From Candidatus Electronema halotolerans (lineage in GTDB: Bacteria; Desulfobacterota; Desulfobulbia; Desulfobulbales; Desulfobulbaceae): a stretch of 32,000 nucleotides of DNA. Of this stretch, positions 7,645 to 16,104 are shown one piece after another; the first letter of the stretch is position 1, and every line of letters begins with the position of its first letter. The notes under the pieces were generated by a model. The model did no database searches. It worked only from the letters and a program-made list of their open reading frames with translations, and was not told where the DNA came from. Location of the stretch: NCBI GenBank assembly GCA_942493095.1, contig OW818675.1, positions 1,200,001 to 1,232,000 on the forward strand, given 5' to 3'. Made by a program: the position numbers and the translations under genes.

Positions 7645-8298
7645 TCAGGGCTTTGTCTTGAACGTGTATACTGCTGTGCTGCATAGGGTTTCACCAATTG
7701 TTGGTGTTGTCATACCGCTTTTAGGACACTCTTTCTGCACGACCGCTTTCAGCAAACAACTTGCGTGAGGTGCATCTTTTGTGCCGCAGGAAGCGTAAGA
7801 TGTGCTCCACGTTCCATTTTGGCCAAGATTTTCTTGGGTGATAGGATTGCCAGAACGCCACCAGAGCTGACTGTCAGGGGAAACTTTCTGATAAATGCAA
7901 ATAGAATTTTCCCCCAGATCAGTAACCTTGCCTTCCACGGTAAAGGTGAAGGATTCTTCTTCTGACTTTTCGTTGTTGCAAGAAACAACACTGTTGTTTT
8001 GTGGGGAAGTTATTTCGATTGTACATGGTTCAATTCTATTAGTGCTATCGCCAGGATCGGTGATAGCAACTGGTGGCTCTGGAGTTTTTGGTGATGTAGA
8101 TATCATTACCCAAACAAAACCTGACATGCCGACAAATAAAAAAAAGAATACTGCTAATTTCACCCAAACTGGCTCTCGTCTGAAAAAATAAAGAGCTATA
8201 ATGCAAAGAGAAATCCATAGTAAACAAAAAAATCCAAGAGGACTTTTTGATGCCTCTTTAATTATTATTGCTATATTCTCAATAGTTTTTGAGTCCAT
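7645..8298 (-). CDS. Hypothetical membrane-anchored protein (two N-terminal TM helices plus a Cys-containing beta-rich ectodomain) in an AT-rich islet
   Basis: ATG at 8298 (MDSKTIENIAIIIKEASKSPLGFFCLLWISLCIIALYFF...VKLAVFFFLFVGMSGFVWVMI). The ORF-track start at 8355 is a TTG. I recognise no family. The composition is clearly AT-richer than the flanks. Confidence 0.55.
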   Translation of the reverse strand: MDSKTIENIAIIIKEASKSPLGFFCLLWISLCIIALYFFRREPVWVKLAVFFFLFVGMSGFVWVMISTSPKTPEPPVAITDPGDSTNRIEPCTIEITSPQNNSVVSCNNEKSEEESFTFTVEGKVTDLGENSICIYQKVSPDSQLWWRSGNPITQENLGQNGTWSTSYASCGTKDAPHASCLLKAVVQKECPKSGMTTPTIGETLCSTAVYTFKTKP

Positions 8299-8411
8299 CT
8301 TTTTGAACGCCTCGTGTTGGAGTTTATTACTTGCCAAGTTGCAGGGACAGAGCAATAGATTGCTCTAATCCCCGCCTCATGAGAGGGAGAATATCGGTGC
8401 TCCCTCCTTCC

Positions 8412-9485
8412 CTACATCTCCACATCCAAAACATCCACCATCCTGTTATGATAGCCGCTTCGGAGCAGTTCCACCAGTTCGGCGTAATTCTCCACCTTGA
8501 CGCTCAGGCTGCTGACGGCTGAACCGCTGAAACCGGGCAGCGTATAATCGCCATTGCCGGGCACAGTAACTGCGCCGCCTGCCGCGCCGTGCTCGCTCAT
8601 GTCCAGCAGACTGAGCAGGAGCTGGCCGCTGCGGGCATCAAGCACCGCCTGAATGCGGATGAGTTCGGATGCGGTCATTTCCGCAGCCGTAGCCTTGACA
8701 TAGGGGGCTGCCGCGCTGCCGGTCAGGATGCCGACCTCCTGCGGATTGTGGGCACTGAAGCCGCTCAAGACTAACGGAGTGCGCAGTCGCTGTCCATACG
8801 TCCCGGTGCGCAGGGTGCCGTGCTCAGTGTACTGGGTGCTGATGCTGATCGTGTATTCATTGTTCCACGGGTCGTCTTGACTTGGAATGTGCGGCACGAG
8901 CAAGATTTCCGTGTCGCTGATGCTGGCGAACTGAGTCTGCTTGATGCTGCCGCTGCGGGTGCCTGCAATCACACAGCCGCAGTTCGGCTTTTTCTTGTCA
9001 AAGGACAGATCGCTGCCTGAGAGACGGAGCACGCCCTCGCTGTTGAGCACATCGTGCAGTTCCAAGTCCGTGTCTTCGGCAGCAAGAATGACCGGCGCTT
9101 TCTCCTCCGGCGGCAGGACTGTGATACGGGTGCTTTGCTGCAAGGTCTTGATAAAAGGCTGCGAGGCCGCGACCGTGACATCCAGCAGCTCGTCCATGGG
9201 CGGGAGCGGGTCGTCCGGCCCATCCAGACGGGCGTGCAGGGAGGGCCGAATGGTGAAGGCGTTCTCCAGCGTGACCTGCATCCCCTCGGCCAGCATCTCG
9301 CCAACCTCCTCGTGGCCCGCCATCAGAATGGACTTGATCATGTCCGCAGACCAGTTGGGATTTTTCAGGGCAACCCGGGCGGCGACCTCGTCGTAGCCGC
9401 CAATGCCCTGATGGACAAAGCGGAGTTTGTAAGATGCGGGCGTGGTCAGCGGGTTCAGCTCAAGTCGGCATTGGATGCTGTTCAT
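8412..9485 (-). CDS. HU-fold (HU_CCDC81-like) DNA-binding N-terminal domain fused to a DUF4469-type (Ig-like) C-terminal region
   Basis: ATG 9485 is preceded by GGGAGGA 4 nt upstream. The N-terminus MNSIQCRLELNPLTTPASYKLRFVHQGIGGYDEVAARVALKNPNWSADMIKSILMAGHEEVGEMLAEGMQVTLENAFTIRPSLHARL matches the layout of Bacteroidota HU-like/DUF4469 proteins (recalled). The C-terminal part is beta-rich (VLRLSGSDLSFDKKKPNCGCVIAG...). Confidence 0.65.
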   Translation of the reverse strand: MNSIQCRLELNPLTTPASYKLRFVHQGIGGYDEVAARVALKNPNWSADMIKSILMAGHEEVGEMLAEGMQVTLENAFTIRPSLHARLDGPDDPLPPMDELLDVTVAASQPFIKTLQQSTRITVLPPEEKAPVILAAEDTDLELHDVLNSEGVLRLSGSDLSFDKKKPNCGCVIAGTRSGSIKQTQFASISDTEILLVPHIPSQDDPWNNEYTISISTQYTEHGTLRTGTYGQRLRTPLVLSGFSAHNPQEVGILTGSAAAPYVKATAAEMTASELIRIQAVLDARSGQLLLSLLDMSEHGAAGGAVTVPGNGDYTLPGFSGSAVSSLSVKVENYAELVELLRSGYHNRMVDVLDVEM

Positions 9486-9543
9486 AATGTCCTCCCAATT
9501 GGTTTCAACTGCTGATGACAGCGGATAAAAAGAGCTGTTCCGC

Positions 9544-9572
9544 AGCATACGGAGCGCTGCCCGGCCTGTCAA
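9544..9572 (-). promoter_or_regulatory. Near-consensus sigma70 promoter for the HU-like gene
   Basis: The minus strand has TTGACA (9572-9567), a 17-nt spacer and TATGCT (9549-9544), about 55 nt upstream of ATG 9485. Confidence 0.5.
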
Positions 9573-9599
9573 GAGGAAAGACGGCGGATTCGGACGCAT

Positions 9600-9691
9600 G
9601 TAAGTCCGCAAGACTTACGTGCATAAGTCCGGCGGACTTGCATGTGTAAGTCTTTGGGACTTACGCGGGTACGTCCGAGGGACTTGTGTGC
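9600..9691. repeat. Four head-to-tail 23-bp units, each containing an inverted repeat AAGTCC-N3-5-GGACTT (operator-like array)
   Basis: Units are GTAAGTCCGCAAGACTTACGTGC, ATAAGTCCGGCGGACTTGCATGT, GTAAGTCTTTGGGACTTACGCGG and GTACGTCCGAGGGACTTGTGTGC. They start at 9600, 9623, 9646 and 9669. Confidence 0.88.
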
Positions 9692-9858
9692 GTTGGCGGA
9701 AATCTCAAACGCAGGATCGACTTTTGCCGGGATGGGCAGTCGGGGCGGCACGGGAAGATTGTTGCCGACAAAATTCCTCTTGATTTTCACGGCAGATCAG
9801 ACTACGGTTTCGCAGCAATGGACATGCAAACCTGCATTCTCAACTCAACCCTGTGACC

Positions 9859-11070
9859 ATGAAGAAAAGACTTTTTTTTATCTGCTGCATCCTGCTGGCA
9901 TCTGCTGGAATCCTGACCGCTGCCTGCGCCTCCTCCTCGCGGCTGCCTGCGCGGAAAAAACTCATCAAATACGGCCAGGACAGACCGACCCCGTCCGATG
10001 CAGCGGCGCATATCAGGGAGATGGAGAAACGCCCGTTTGACGGCATCGTCATGACGCTGACCGGCAAAAATAAAGGAAATATCTTCCGAGGCGGCAAATG
10101 GGATGCGGCGGACTATGCGGCAGACATGGAAGCTCTGAAGAAGATCAAATGGGGCACGTTCACGGACAACTTTCTTATCATGAACGCGGCCTCGGCAATG
10201 GACTGGTTCAGCGATCAGGATTGGGACAACATTGTCAGCAATGTCGAAATCATGGCCACAGCAGCCAAGGCGGGCCGATGCAATCTGGCCTTCGATCCTG
10301 AACCCTATGGCAAAAATCCTTGGCATTACAAAGTGCAGGCCCATGCTAAGGAGAAATCATTCGGTGACTATGAAGCCAAGGTGCGCCAGCGCGGGGCGCA
10401 GTTCATCGAGGCGATTCAGAAGCATCTGCCGGAAACCGTGCTGCTGACGCTCTTCTCCTACAGCATCTTCCCCAACATCACCGACCAGCCGACTGCGGCC
10501 AAACGGACGCAAATGATAGGCCAGCAGGAACTTTATGGTCTCTATCCCGCCTTTCTGTCTGGCATCTTGGATGCAATGGGGCCGGGCATCACGGTTATTG
10601 ACGGCAATGAGCCTTCCTATTATTACCCGGATACGCATTCCTTTTACACTGGCTACCATCTGATGCGGCAGACCGCTTTGGGCTTGGTGCCGCCGGAAGA
10701 CACAGACACGTTCCTCCTCCAGACGCAGGCAGGACATGCCTTGTATTTTGACTACATCTTTGGCACAGTGAAGTGGAAGAATATTCTTGCTCAGTTCATG
10801 ACCGAGAAGGAACGCTTAAAGTGGTGGGAGCACAATGTCTATTGGGCGCTGAAGACCACAGACGAGTATGTCTGGCTCTGGAATGAACGAATGAACTGGT
10901 GGAAGGAGGAAGGAATGCCGCCCGGCATGGAGCAGGCCTTGATCTCAGCGCGGGAAAAGATTGCCCAGCAAAAGCCGCTCGGCTTCGAGATAGATGAGTT
11001 CATGGATCGGGCGCAAAAGGCGAAGGCGGCGGCCAAAGAGAAGGAGCTGCTGGAAAACGCGGAGGACTGA
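9859..11070 (+). CDS. Hypothetical exported protein, probable lipoprotein
   Basis: ATG at 9859 (the ORF-track start 9853 is GTG). The signal sequence MKKRLFFICCILLASAGILTAAC has a lipobox-like TAAC. The mature part is about 380 aa and Trp/Tyr-rich with a Lys/Glu-rich tail. I recognise no family. Confidence 0.75.
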   Translation: MKKRLFFICCILLASAGILTAACASSSRLPARKKLIKYGQDRPTPSDAAAHIREMEKRPFDGIVMTLTGKNKGNIFRGGKWDAADYAADMEALKKIKWGTFTDNFLIMNAASAMDWFSDQDWDNIVSNVEIMATAAKAGRCNLAFDPEPYGKNPWHYKVQAHAKEKSFGDYEAKVRQRGAQFIEAIQKHLPETVLLTLFSYSIFPNITDQPTAAKRTQMIGQQELYGLYPAFLSGILDAMGPGITVIDGNEPSYYYPDTHSFYTGYHLMRQTALGLVPPEDTDTFLLQTQAGHALYFDYIFGTVKWKNILAQFMTEKERLKWWEHNVYWALKTTDEYVWLWNERMNWWKEEGMPPGMEQALISAREKIAQQKPLGFEIDEFMDRAQKAKAAAKEKELLENAED

Positions 11071-11157
11071 AATAACGGCTGCCGCAGGAAAAAAGCTGGA
11101 AATGTCCTTGTTGATTTCTGCCCGGCAAATTATCTTGGCAGGAATGACCTTGCAAGC

Positions 11158-11201
11158 GCTGCCGGTTGCCGCATCAGGCAGGAAGCGGCAGCTTTCTTTT
11201 T
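11158..11201 (+). terminator. Candidate rho-independent terminator after the lipoprotein gene
   Basis: GCTGCCG...CGGCAGC stem followed by TTTCTTTTT (11193-11201), only 13 nt before the lysA ATG. Confidence 0.4.
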
Positions 11202-11214
11202 CAACTGAGCAATC

Positions 11215-12486
11215 ATGAATCATTTTAAATATCAAGACGGCGAACTTTATTGCGAGGACGTGCGCATTGAGGAGATCGCCGCCCAAGTCGGCACGCCGTT
11301 CTATCTCTACAGCTCCGCCACCTTGAAACGGCATTTCACCGCCTTTGAGTCCGGTTTCAAGGGCATGGCCCATCAGACCTGTTTTGCCGTCAAAGCCTGC
11401 TCCAATATTGCCATTCTCAATCTCTTTGCCAAGCTCGGCGGCGGGGCGGACATTGTCTCCGGCGGCGAACTGTTCCGCGCCCTGAAAGCGGGCATTGCTC
11501 CTGAGAAGATTATTTATTCCGGCGCAGGCAAGACCCGCAAAGAGCTGCGCGAAGCCTTGCAGGCCGATATTTTGATGTTCAACGTTGAGTCGCCGCAGGA
11601 GTTGGACCGGCTTAATGACGTAGCGGCGGAGCTGAACAAAACCGCCCGCATCGCCTTCCGCATCAACCCGGACGTTGATCCGAAGACCCATGCCTACATC
11701 TCCACTGGCTTGGCAAAGAACAAGTTCGGCATCCCGGTTGCTGAGGCAGCGCAGGAATATCTGCGGGCCGAGGCCATGCCGCAGATAGAGATTGTCGGCG
11801 TGAGCTGCCACATTGGCTCCCAGCTCACCCAAGTGGAGCCGTTCATTGAAGCCCTGCGCAAGGTCAAAGCCTTCATCGCCACGCTGGAAGCACACGGCAT
11901 CAAGATCAACTATCTCGACATGGGCGGCGGCATCGGCATTCCGTATGACGACGAGCAGCCGCCCCATCCGATTGATTATGCGGCGGCAGTGCGGGCCGAG
12001 TTGAAGGGCATGGACTGCACCCTGATTTTGGAGCCAGGCCGCGTTTTGGCCGGCAATGCGGGCGTGTTAGTCACTGAGGTGCAATATACCAAAGCCAATC
12101 GGGGCGGTGAGCAGGAGAAACGCTTCATCATTGTGGATGCGGCCATGAATGACTTGGCCCGGCCCTCGCTTTACGGCGCTTATCACGAAATTCTGCCGGT
12201 GCGCGAGTCTGCGCCGGAGAGCAGCAGGCAAAAGGCGGATGTGGTCGGCCCGATCTGCGAGACTGGTGATTTCCTTGCCAAAGACCGGCTGCTGCCCGAT
12301 GTGCGGCCCGGCGAACTGCTGGCCGTGATGAGCAGCGGTGCTTATGGCTTTTCCATGTCCTCAAACTATAACTCCCGGCCCAAAGTCGCCGAAGTGCTGG
12401 TCAGCGGCGGCAGCTTCAAGGTTATCCGTCAGCGTGAAAGCTATGAAGACTTGGTACGCGGTGAAATGGCGGACGCATTTGCATAA
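11215..12486 (+). CDS. lysA: Diaminopimelate decarboxylase
   Basis: 423 aa. Shows classic LysA / PLP fold-III decarboxylase motifs: GTPFYLYS, CFAVKACSNIAIL (PLP Lys), GADIVSGGEL, HIGSQ, LDMGGGIGIPY, EPGRVLAGNAG, CETGD and YGFSMSSNYNSRP. Confidence 0.95.
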   Translation: MNHFKYQDGELYCEDVRIEEIAAQVGTPFYLYSSATLKRHFTAFESGFKGMAHQTCFAVKACSNIAILNLFAKLGGGADIVSGGELFRALKAGIAPEKIIYSGAGKTRKELREALQADILMFNVESPQELDRLNDVAAELNKTARIAFRINPDVDPKTHAYISTGLAKNKFGIPVAEAAQEYLRAEAMPQIEIVGVSCHIGSQLTQVEPFIEALRKVKAFIATLEAHGIKINYLDMGGGIGIPYDDEQPPHPIDYAAAVRAELKGMDCTLILEPGRVLAGNAGVLVTEVQYTKANRGGEQEKRFIIVDAAMNDLARPSLYGAYHEILPVRESAPESSRQKADVVGPICETGDFLAKDRLLPDVRPGELLAVMSSGAYGFSMSSNYNSRPKVAEVLVSGGSFKVIRQRESYEDLVRGEMADAFA

Positions 12487-12492
12487 AACAGT

Positions 12493-12524
12493 GCAGTCTT
12501 GGCAATGAGGCTGCGGCTTTTTTT
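12493..12524 (+). terminator. Possible terminator after lysA
   Basis: Short imperfect stem GCAGTC-N10-GGCTGC followed by GGC and a T7 run (12518-12524). Confidence 0.35.
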
Positions 12525-12549
12525 CAATCCCTGCAACCACGAGGTGACG

Positions 12550-13660
12550 ATGAAAAAAGCAATCAAACTGAACGCAGTGCTTGCAGCGGCACTCTCTGTT
12601 CCCAGCACCAGCGTAGCTGCCAATTTGGAACTGCTTATGGCCGGGCCGTGGGCTTCTGGCCGCCAGCCTTATTATCCCATTGTCGATACCAAGCAGAGCA
12701 CCTGCTTTAACGATTTGGTATCTATTGCCTGCCCTGCGCAGACGACAGGCGACTTCTACGGCCAAGATTCTCAGCATGACGGGCTGGCTCCAAGCTTCAC
12801 GGGTAATGGCAACGGCACTGTCACAGATAATCGCACCGGATTGATGTGGCAGCAGGATCCGGGCGACAAGAAGACTCGTGATCAAGCCTTGGCTGAAATC
12901 GGCTCCTTTGCTTTGGCAGGTTACACAGACTGGCGGCTGCCTACGATCAAGGAGCTGTATTCGCTGATTCAGTTCAACGGCAAGGACGCAAGCGGCTGCG
13001 ATGATGAAGGCACTACTTGCACTGCTGACGATTACACGCCCTTCATTGACACCACGTATTTCACCTTTCAATATGGGGGGAACGTGTATGGCGACCGGAT
13101 CATTGACGCGCAGTATCTGTCCAGCAATTTGGTGGAAGGCGGCACGAGCAACAATGCCGAGTCAGCCTTTGGCGTGAACTTTGCCGATGGCCGCATCAAG
13201 GGTTATGAACTTGAACCAAAGGGCACACCTAAGACTTTTTTTGTCATGTATGTGCGTGACATCTCAAGCGACAAAAAGTACGGCATCAACAGCTTCAAGG
13301 ACACTGGCGACGGTACGGTGATTGACAGTGCGAGCGGACTGCAATGGATGCAGGCGGACAGCGGCGCAGGCAAGAACTGGCAGGAGGCTCTGGCGTACTG
13401 CGAAAACTTGAGTTTGGCAGATCATACAGACTGGCGGCTGCCTAATGCCAAAGAACTGCACAGCATTGTTGACTACAGCAATGCACCGGACACAAACGGC
13501 AAGCCCGCCATTGACACGGACTATTTCAACTCCACTTCCATCAAAAACGAGAACGGAGTTGATGACTGGCCCTTTTACTGGACCAGCACCACCCTTGAAA
13601 CGTGGAATAACAAAGGGGACAAGGCGGTTTTTGTCGCTTTTGGCCGGGCCTTGGGGTATA
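12550..13660 (+). pseudogene. 5' part (370 codons) of a secreted DUF1566 (Lcl C-terminal-like) repeat protein gene, interrupted by IS630
   Basis: ATG 12550 follows GAGGTGA. The signal peptide is MKKAIKLNAVLAAALSVPSTSVAA. There are two DUF1566-type modules (TDNRTGLMWQQD...GYTDWRLPTIKELYSL and IDSASGLQWMQAD...WQEALAYCENLSLADHTDWRLPNAKELHSI). The reading frame runs straight into the IS at 13661. Confidence 0.85.
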
Positions 13661-13746
13661 TAGCGGTTTCAGGTTGTATGGTTATCAGAAAAAGATTAAA
13701 CTTGACTTGTCTGTTTTTTCCATTTTTTTACACACGGAGGTCTGCC

Positions 13747-14115
13747 ATGATTTATTCTATTGATTTCAGAAAGAAAGTCTTGTCTGTTTATGAAAAACAG
13801 AAATCATTGAGAAGAACTGCAGATTTGCTTGACGTTTCCTATAAATTTGTTCAAAGTCTTGTAAAAAGATGGAAGACTGAGGGGACGCTTGAGCCGAAGC
13901 CTCATAAAGGCGGAAATCCTCCGAAAATCAAGGAAGTTCATATGCCTTTTCTGACCAGCATGATTGATGACGAGAACGATCTTACGCTTGAAGAGATGTG
14001 TGATCGCTTATACGAGAAATTCAATTTAAAAATAGCACCTTCCACGCTGTGCGAAACTCTCGCCAGACTGAAAATCAGCCGGAAAAAAAACTTTCCGCGA
14101 TCCGGCGGCGTATAA
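13747..14115 (+). CDS. IS630-family transposase, N-terminal HTH part (orfA)
   Basis: MIYSIDFRKKVLSVYEKQKSLRRTADLLDVSYKFVQSLVKRWKTEGTLEPKPHKGGNPPK...LTLEEMCDRLYEKFNLKIAPSTLCETLARLKISRKK. The frame ends shortly after an A8 run (14083-14090). Confidence 0.85.
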   Translation: MIYSIDFRKKVLSVYEKQKSLRRTADLLDVSYKFVQSLVKRWKTEGTLEPKPHKGGNPPKIKEVHMPFLTSMIDDENDLTLEEMCDRLYEKFNLKIAPSTLCETLARLKISRKKNFPRSGGV

Positions 14116-14680
14116 AGAGGAAAATATAGCAAAGACAGTTAATTACCTTGCAGGCCTGCTCGAGGCTGACAAAAAGAATTTCATCTTTATTGATGAGACA
14201 GGATGCTGTTTGAACATGTCGAGAAAATTTGCAAGATCAAGAAAAGGAACAAGAGCTTTTTCAAAAAGACCTTCAGGTAAAGGGAAAAGAATAAGCATGA
14301 TAGGAGCTGTAAAGTTTGGAAAAATATTGAAGTGCATGAAATTTAAAGGCACCATGACAGGAGATGTCTTTTATTTCTATATAAAAAATTATCTTTTGAA
14401 ATATCTTGACAGCAGCAAGACAGTCGTTCTTGACAATGCCAGTCCTCATAAAAACAAAGAAGCTCTCGCTTTGATCAGAAGTACAGGAGCGAAGATCATT
14501 TTCCTCCCTCCTTATCGTCCTGAACTGAACCCTATTGAATACTGCTGGTCAGTAATGAAAAACACTATAAGAAAATTGAAGCCGAGAACAGAGCGTGAGC
14601 TGATGGAAGCTTATGATATATCTCTGAAAACGGTTAAGTCAAAATCAATCAAATCGTTTTTCCGTCATTGCTGGGTTTGA
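14091..14680 (+). CDS. IS630-family transposase, DDE catalytic part (orfB, +1 frame relative to orfA)
   Basis: The +1 frame reads ...KKTFRDPAAYKEENIAKTVNYLAGLLEADKKNFIFIDETGCCLNMSRKFARSRKGTRAF...VVLDNASPHKNKEA...FLPPYRPELNPIEYCWSVMK. The D (FIDETG), D (LDNASPH) and E (NPIEYCW) motifs are all present. Removing one A from the A8 run would fuse orfA and orfB. Confidence 0.85.
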
Positions 14681-14704
14681 TATCTGTTCAATACGAAACC
14701 GCTA

Positions 14705-14858
14705 TATGAGCGATACATGGGTGAACATTCACGGAGCCGGAGCAGTGAAGGCAGACTTCAAATCCGGTGATCCTGAATCTTATAAATATGGAGACGGGCC
14801 GCAAAACGGGGCAGTGCGCATTTACAACTACGTGCGCTGCGTCAGGGATGCAACCTGA
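14705..14858 (+). pseudogene. 3' part of the IS-disrupted DUF1566 gene
   Basis: After conceptual excision of 13661-14706 the frame continues ...FGRALGY-MSDTWVNIHGAGAVKADFKSGDPESYKYGDGPQNGAVRIYNYVRCVRDAT* with stop at 14856-14858. The total restored ORF is 420 aa. The ending IRIYNYVRCVR is the typical DUF1566 C-terminus (recalled). Confidence 0.8.
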
Positions 14859-14877
14859 TCAGCACAGACGAGACAGC

Positions 14878-16104
14878 ATGAAATACATTCTCCTTATTGG
14901 CGACGGCATGGGCGACACGCCTGTACCGGAGTTGGGCAACAAAACTCCTTTGGAAGCGGCGCGCAAGCCAACAATTGACCGCCTCTGTGCCTTGGCCGAG
15001 CCGCTGCTCGTCCGCACTGTGCCCGAAGGCTGTCCGCCGGGCAGCGATGTGGCCAATCTTTCCCTGCTTGGCTATGAACCGGCCAGATGCTACACAGGCC
15101 GCGCCCCGCTGGAGGCGGCGAGCATGGGGATTGCTGTCCCGGAAGAGGGAGTGGCCTTCCGCTGCAACTTGGTCACGGTCCGCTATGAGGACGATGGCCG
15201 TCTGATCATGCTTGATCACAGCGCAGGCCACGTCAACAGCGAGGAAGCGGCTGAACTGATCGCGGCTGTCCAAGCCGCCTGCGGCACGGCGCGGCTTCAG
15301 TTTCATCCGGGCGTGAGCTACCGGCACCTGCTCATCCACCAAGGCAATGTGCCAAAGAGCCTGCGCACCGTGCCGCCGCATGATCATCTTGGCCAGGATG
15401 TCACCAGTTTTTATCAAGAGTATTTAGCTGTTGATTATCTTGCCGAGCTGATGCGCACCTCGGCCAAGGTGCTTGCGGAACATCCTGTTAATAAGAAGCG
15501 GGAGGCGGCAGGTAAGTTGCCTGCCAACAGCATCTGGATTTGGGGTGAAGGTGGCAGGCCGCAACTCGACACGCTTGCCCAACGCTGGGGATTGAGCGGC
15601 AGCCTGATTTCTGCTGTTGATCTGCTCAAAGGAATTGGCGTGTGCAGCGGCTTGGATGTTCTGGATGTTCCGGGCGCGACCGGCTACTTGGACACCAATT
15701 ACCAAGGCAAGGCTGAGGCTGCCTTGAAGGCCTTGGAGACACAGGACTTTGTTCTTGTCCATATCGAGGCCCCGGACGAGGCCGGGCATCAGGGTTCGGC
15801 AAAAGACAAGGTGCAGGCAATTGAGGACTTTGATGCTAAAATAGTCGCCCCGATCACAGCGGAAATGGACCGGCGCGGCGAGCCGTATCGTCTTGTCGTG
15901 ACAATGGATCATTACACCACTATTGCCAGCCGCACCCATGAGGCTTGGCCTGTGCCCATGTTCATTTATGATTCGCAGGGCGGCATAGCCAAGCCTGCGG
16001 GCTGCGCCTACACAGAAGAGAATATCAAGGCTGTTGCTCAATATCTTGCCAGCGGCACCGAGTTCTTTGCCCGCTTTGTCCAGCAGGAACAGCGGCATGG
16101 CTGA
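14878..16104 (+). CDS. Cofactor-independent phosphoglycerate mutase, archaeal ApgM type (the same family has been proposed to act as homoserine kinase in some lineages)
   Basis: ATG at 14878. MKYILLIGDGMGDTPVPELGNKTPLEAARKPTIDRL gives the metal-binding DG.GD motif. Also present are FRCNLVTV, HIEAPDEAGHQG and MDHYT. The longer ORF-track start at 14767 overlaps the 3' end of the DUF1566 gene. Confidence 0.8.
   Translation: MKYILLIGDGMGDTPVPELGNKTPLEAARKPTIDRLCALAEPLLVRTVPEGCPPGSDVANLSLLGYEPARCYTGRAPLEAASMGIAVPEEGVAFRCNLVTVRYEDDGRLIMLDHSAGHVNSEEAAELIAAVQAACGTARLQFHPGVSYRHLLIHQGNVPKSLRTVPPHDHLGQDVTSFYQEYLAVDYLAELMRTSAKVLAEHPVNKKREAAGKLPANSIWIWGEGGRPQLDTLAQRWGLSGSLISAVDLLKGIGVCSGLDVLDVPGATGYLDTNYQGKAEAALKALETQDFVLVHIEAPDEAGHQGSAKDKVQAIEDFDAKIVAPITAEMDRRGEPYRLVVTMDHYTTIASRTHEAWPVPMFIYDSQGGIAKPAGCAYTEENIKAVAQYLASGTEFFARFVQQEQRHG

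Larger units (their letters stand above)
13661..14704 (+). mobile_element. IS630-family insertion sequence (1044 bp) inserted at a TA dinucleotide
   Basis: The terminal inverted repeats are TAGCGGTTTC (13661-13670) and GAAACCGCTA (14695-14704). TA flanks both sides (13659-13660 and 14705-14706), which is the IS630/Tc1 hallmark. The element is AT-richer than its surroundings and encodes an HTH part plus a DDE part of the transposase. Confidence 0.9.

Noticed and set aside
11071-11214. Lysine riboswitch (L-box) upstream of lysA
   Set aside because: The gap is only 144 bp and is mostly taken up by a terminator-like hairpin for the upstream gene. I could not find the conserved L-box helices or the AGAGGCGC / GGTG-type core.
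10945-11967. 340-aa ORF on the minus strand
   Set aside because: It lies entirely antisense to lysA, which has unmistakable motifs. Its translation is Ala/Gly/Arg/Leu-rich and low in information, as expected for a shadow ORF in GC-rich DNA.
12499-14115. 538-aa ORF listed in the track as one protein
   Set aside because: It is a chimera. The DUF1566 gene reads in frame across the IS630 left end into the transposase orfA. The junction at 13661 coincides with the IS terminal inverted repeat and the TA target.
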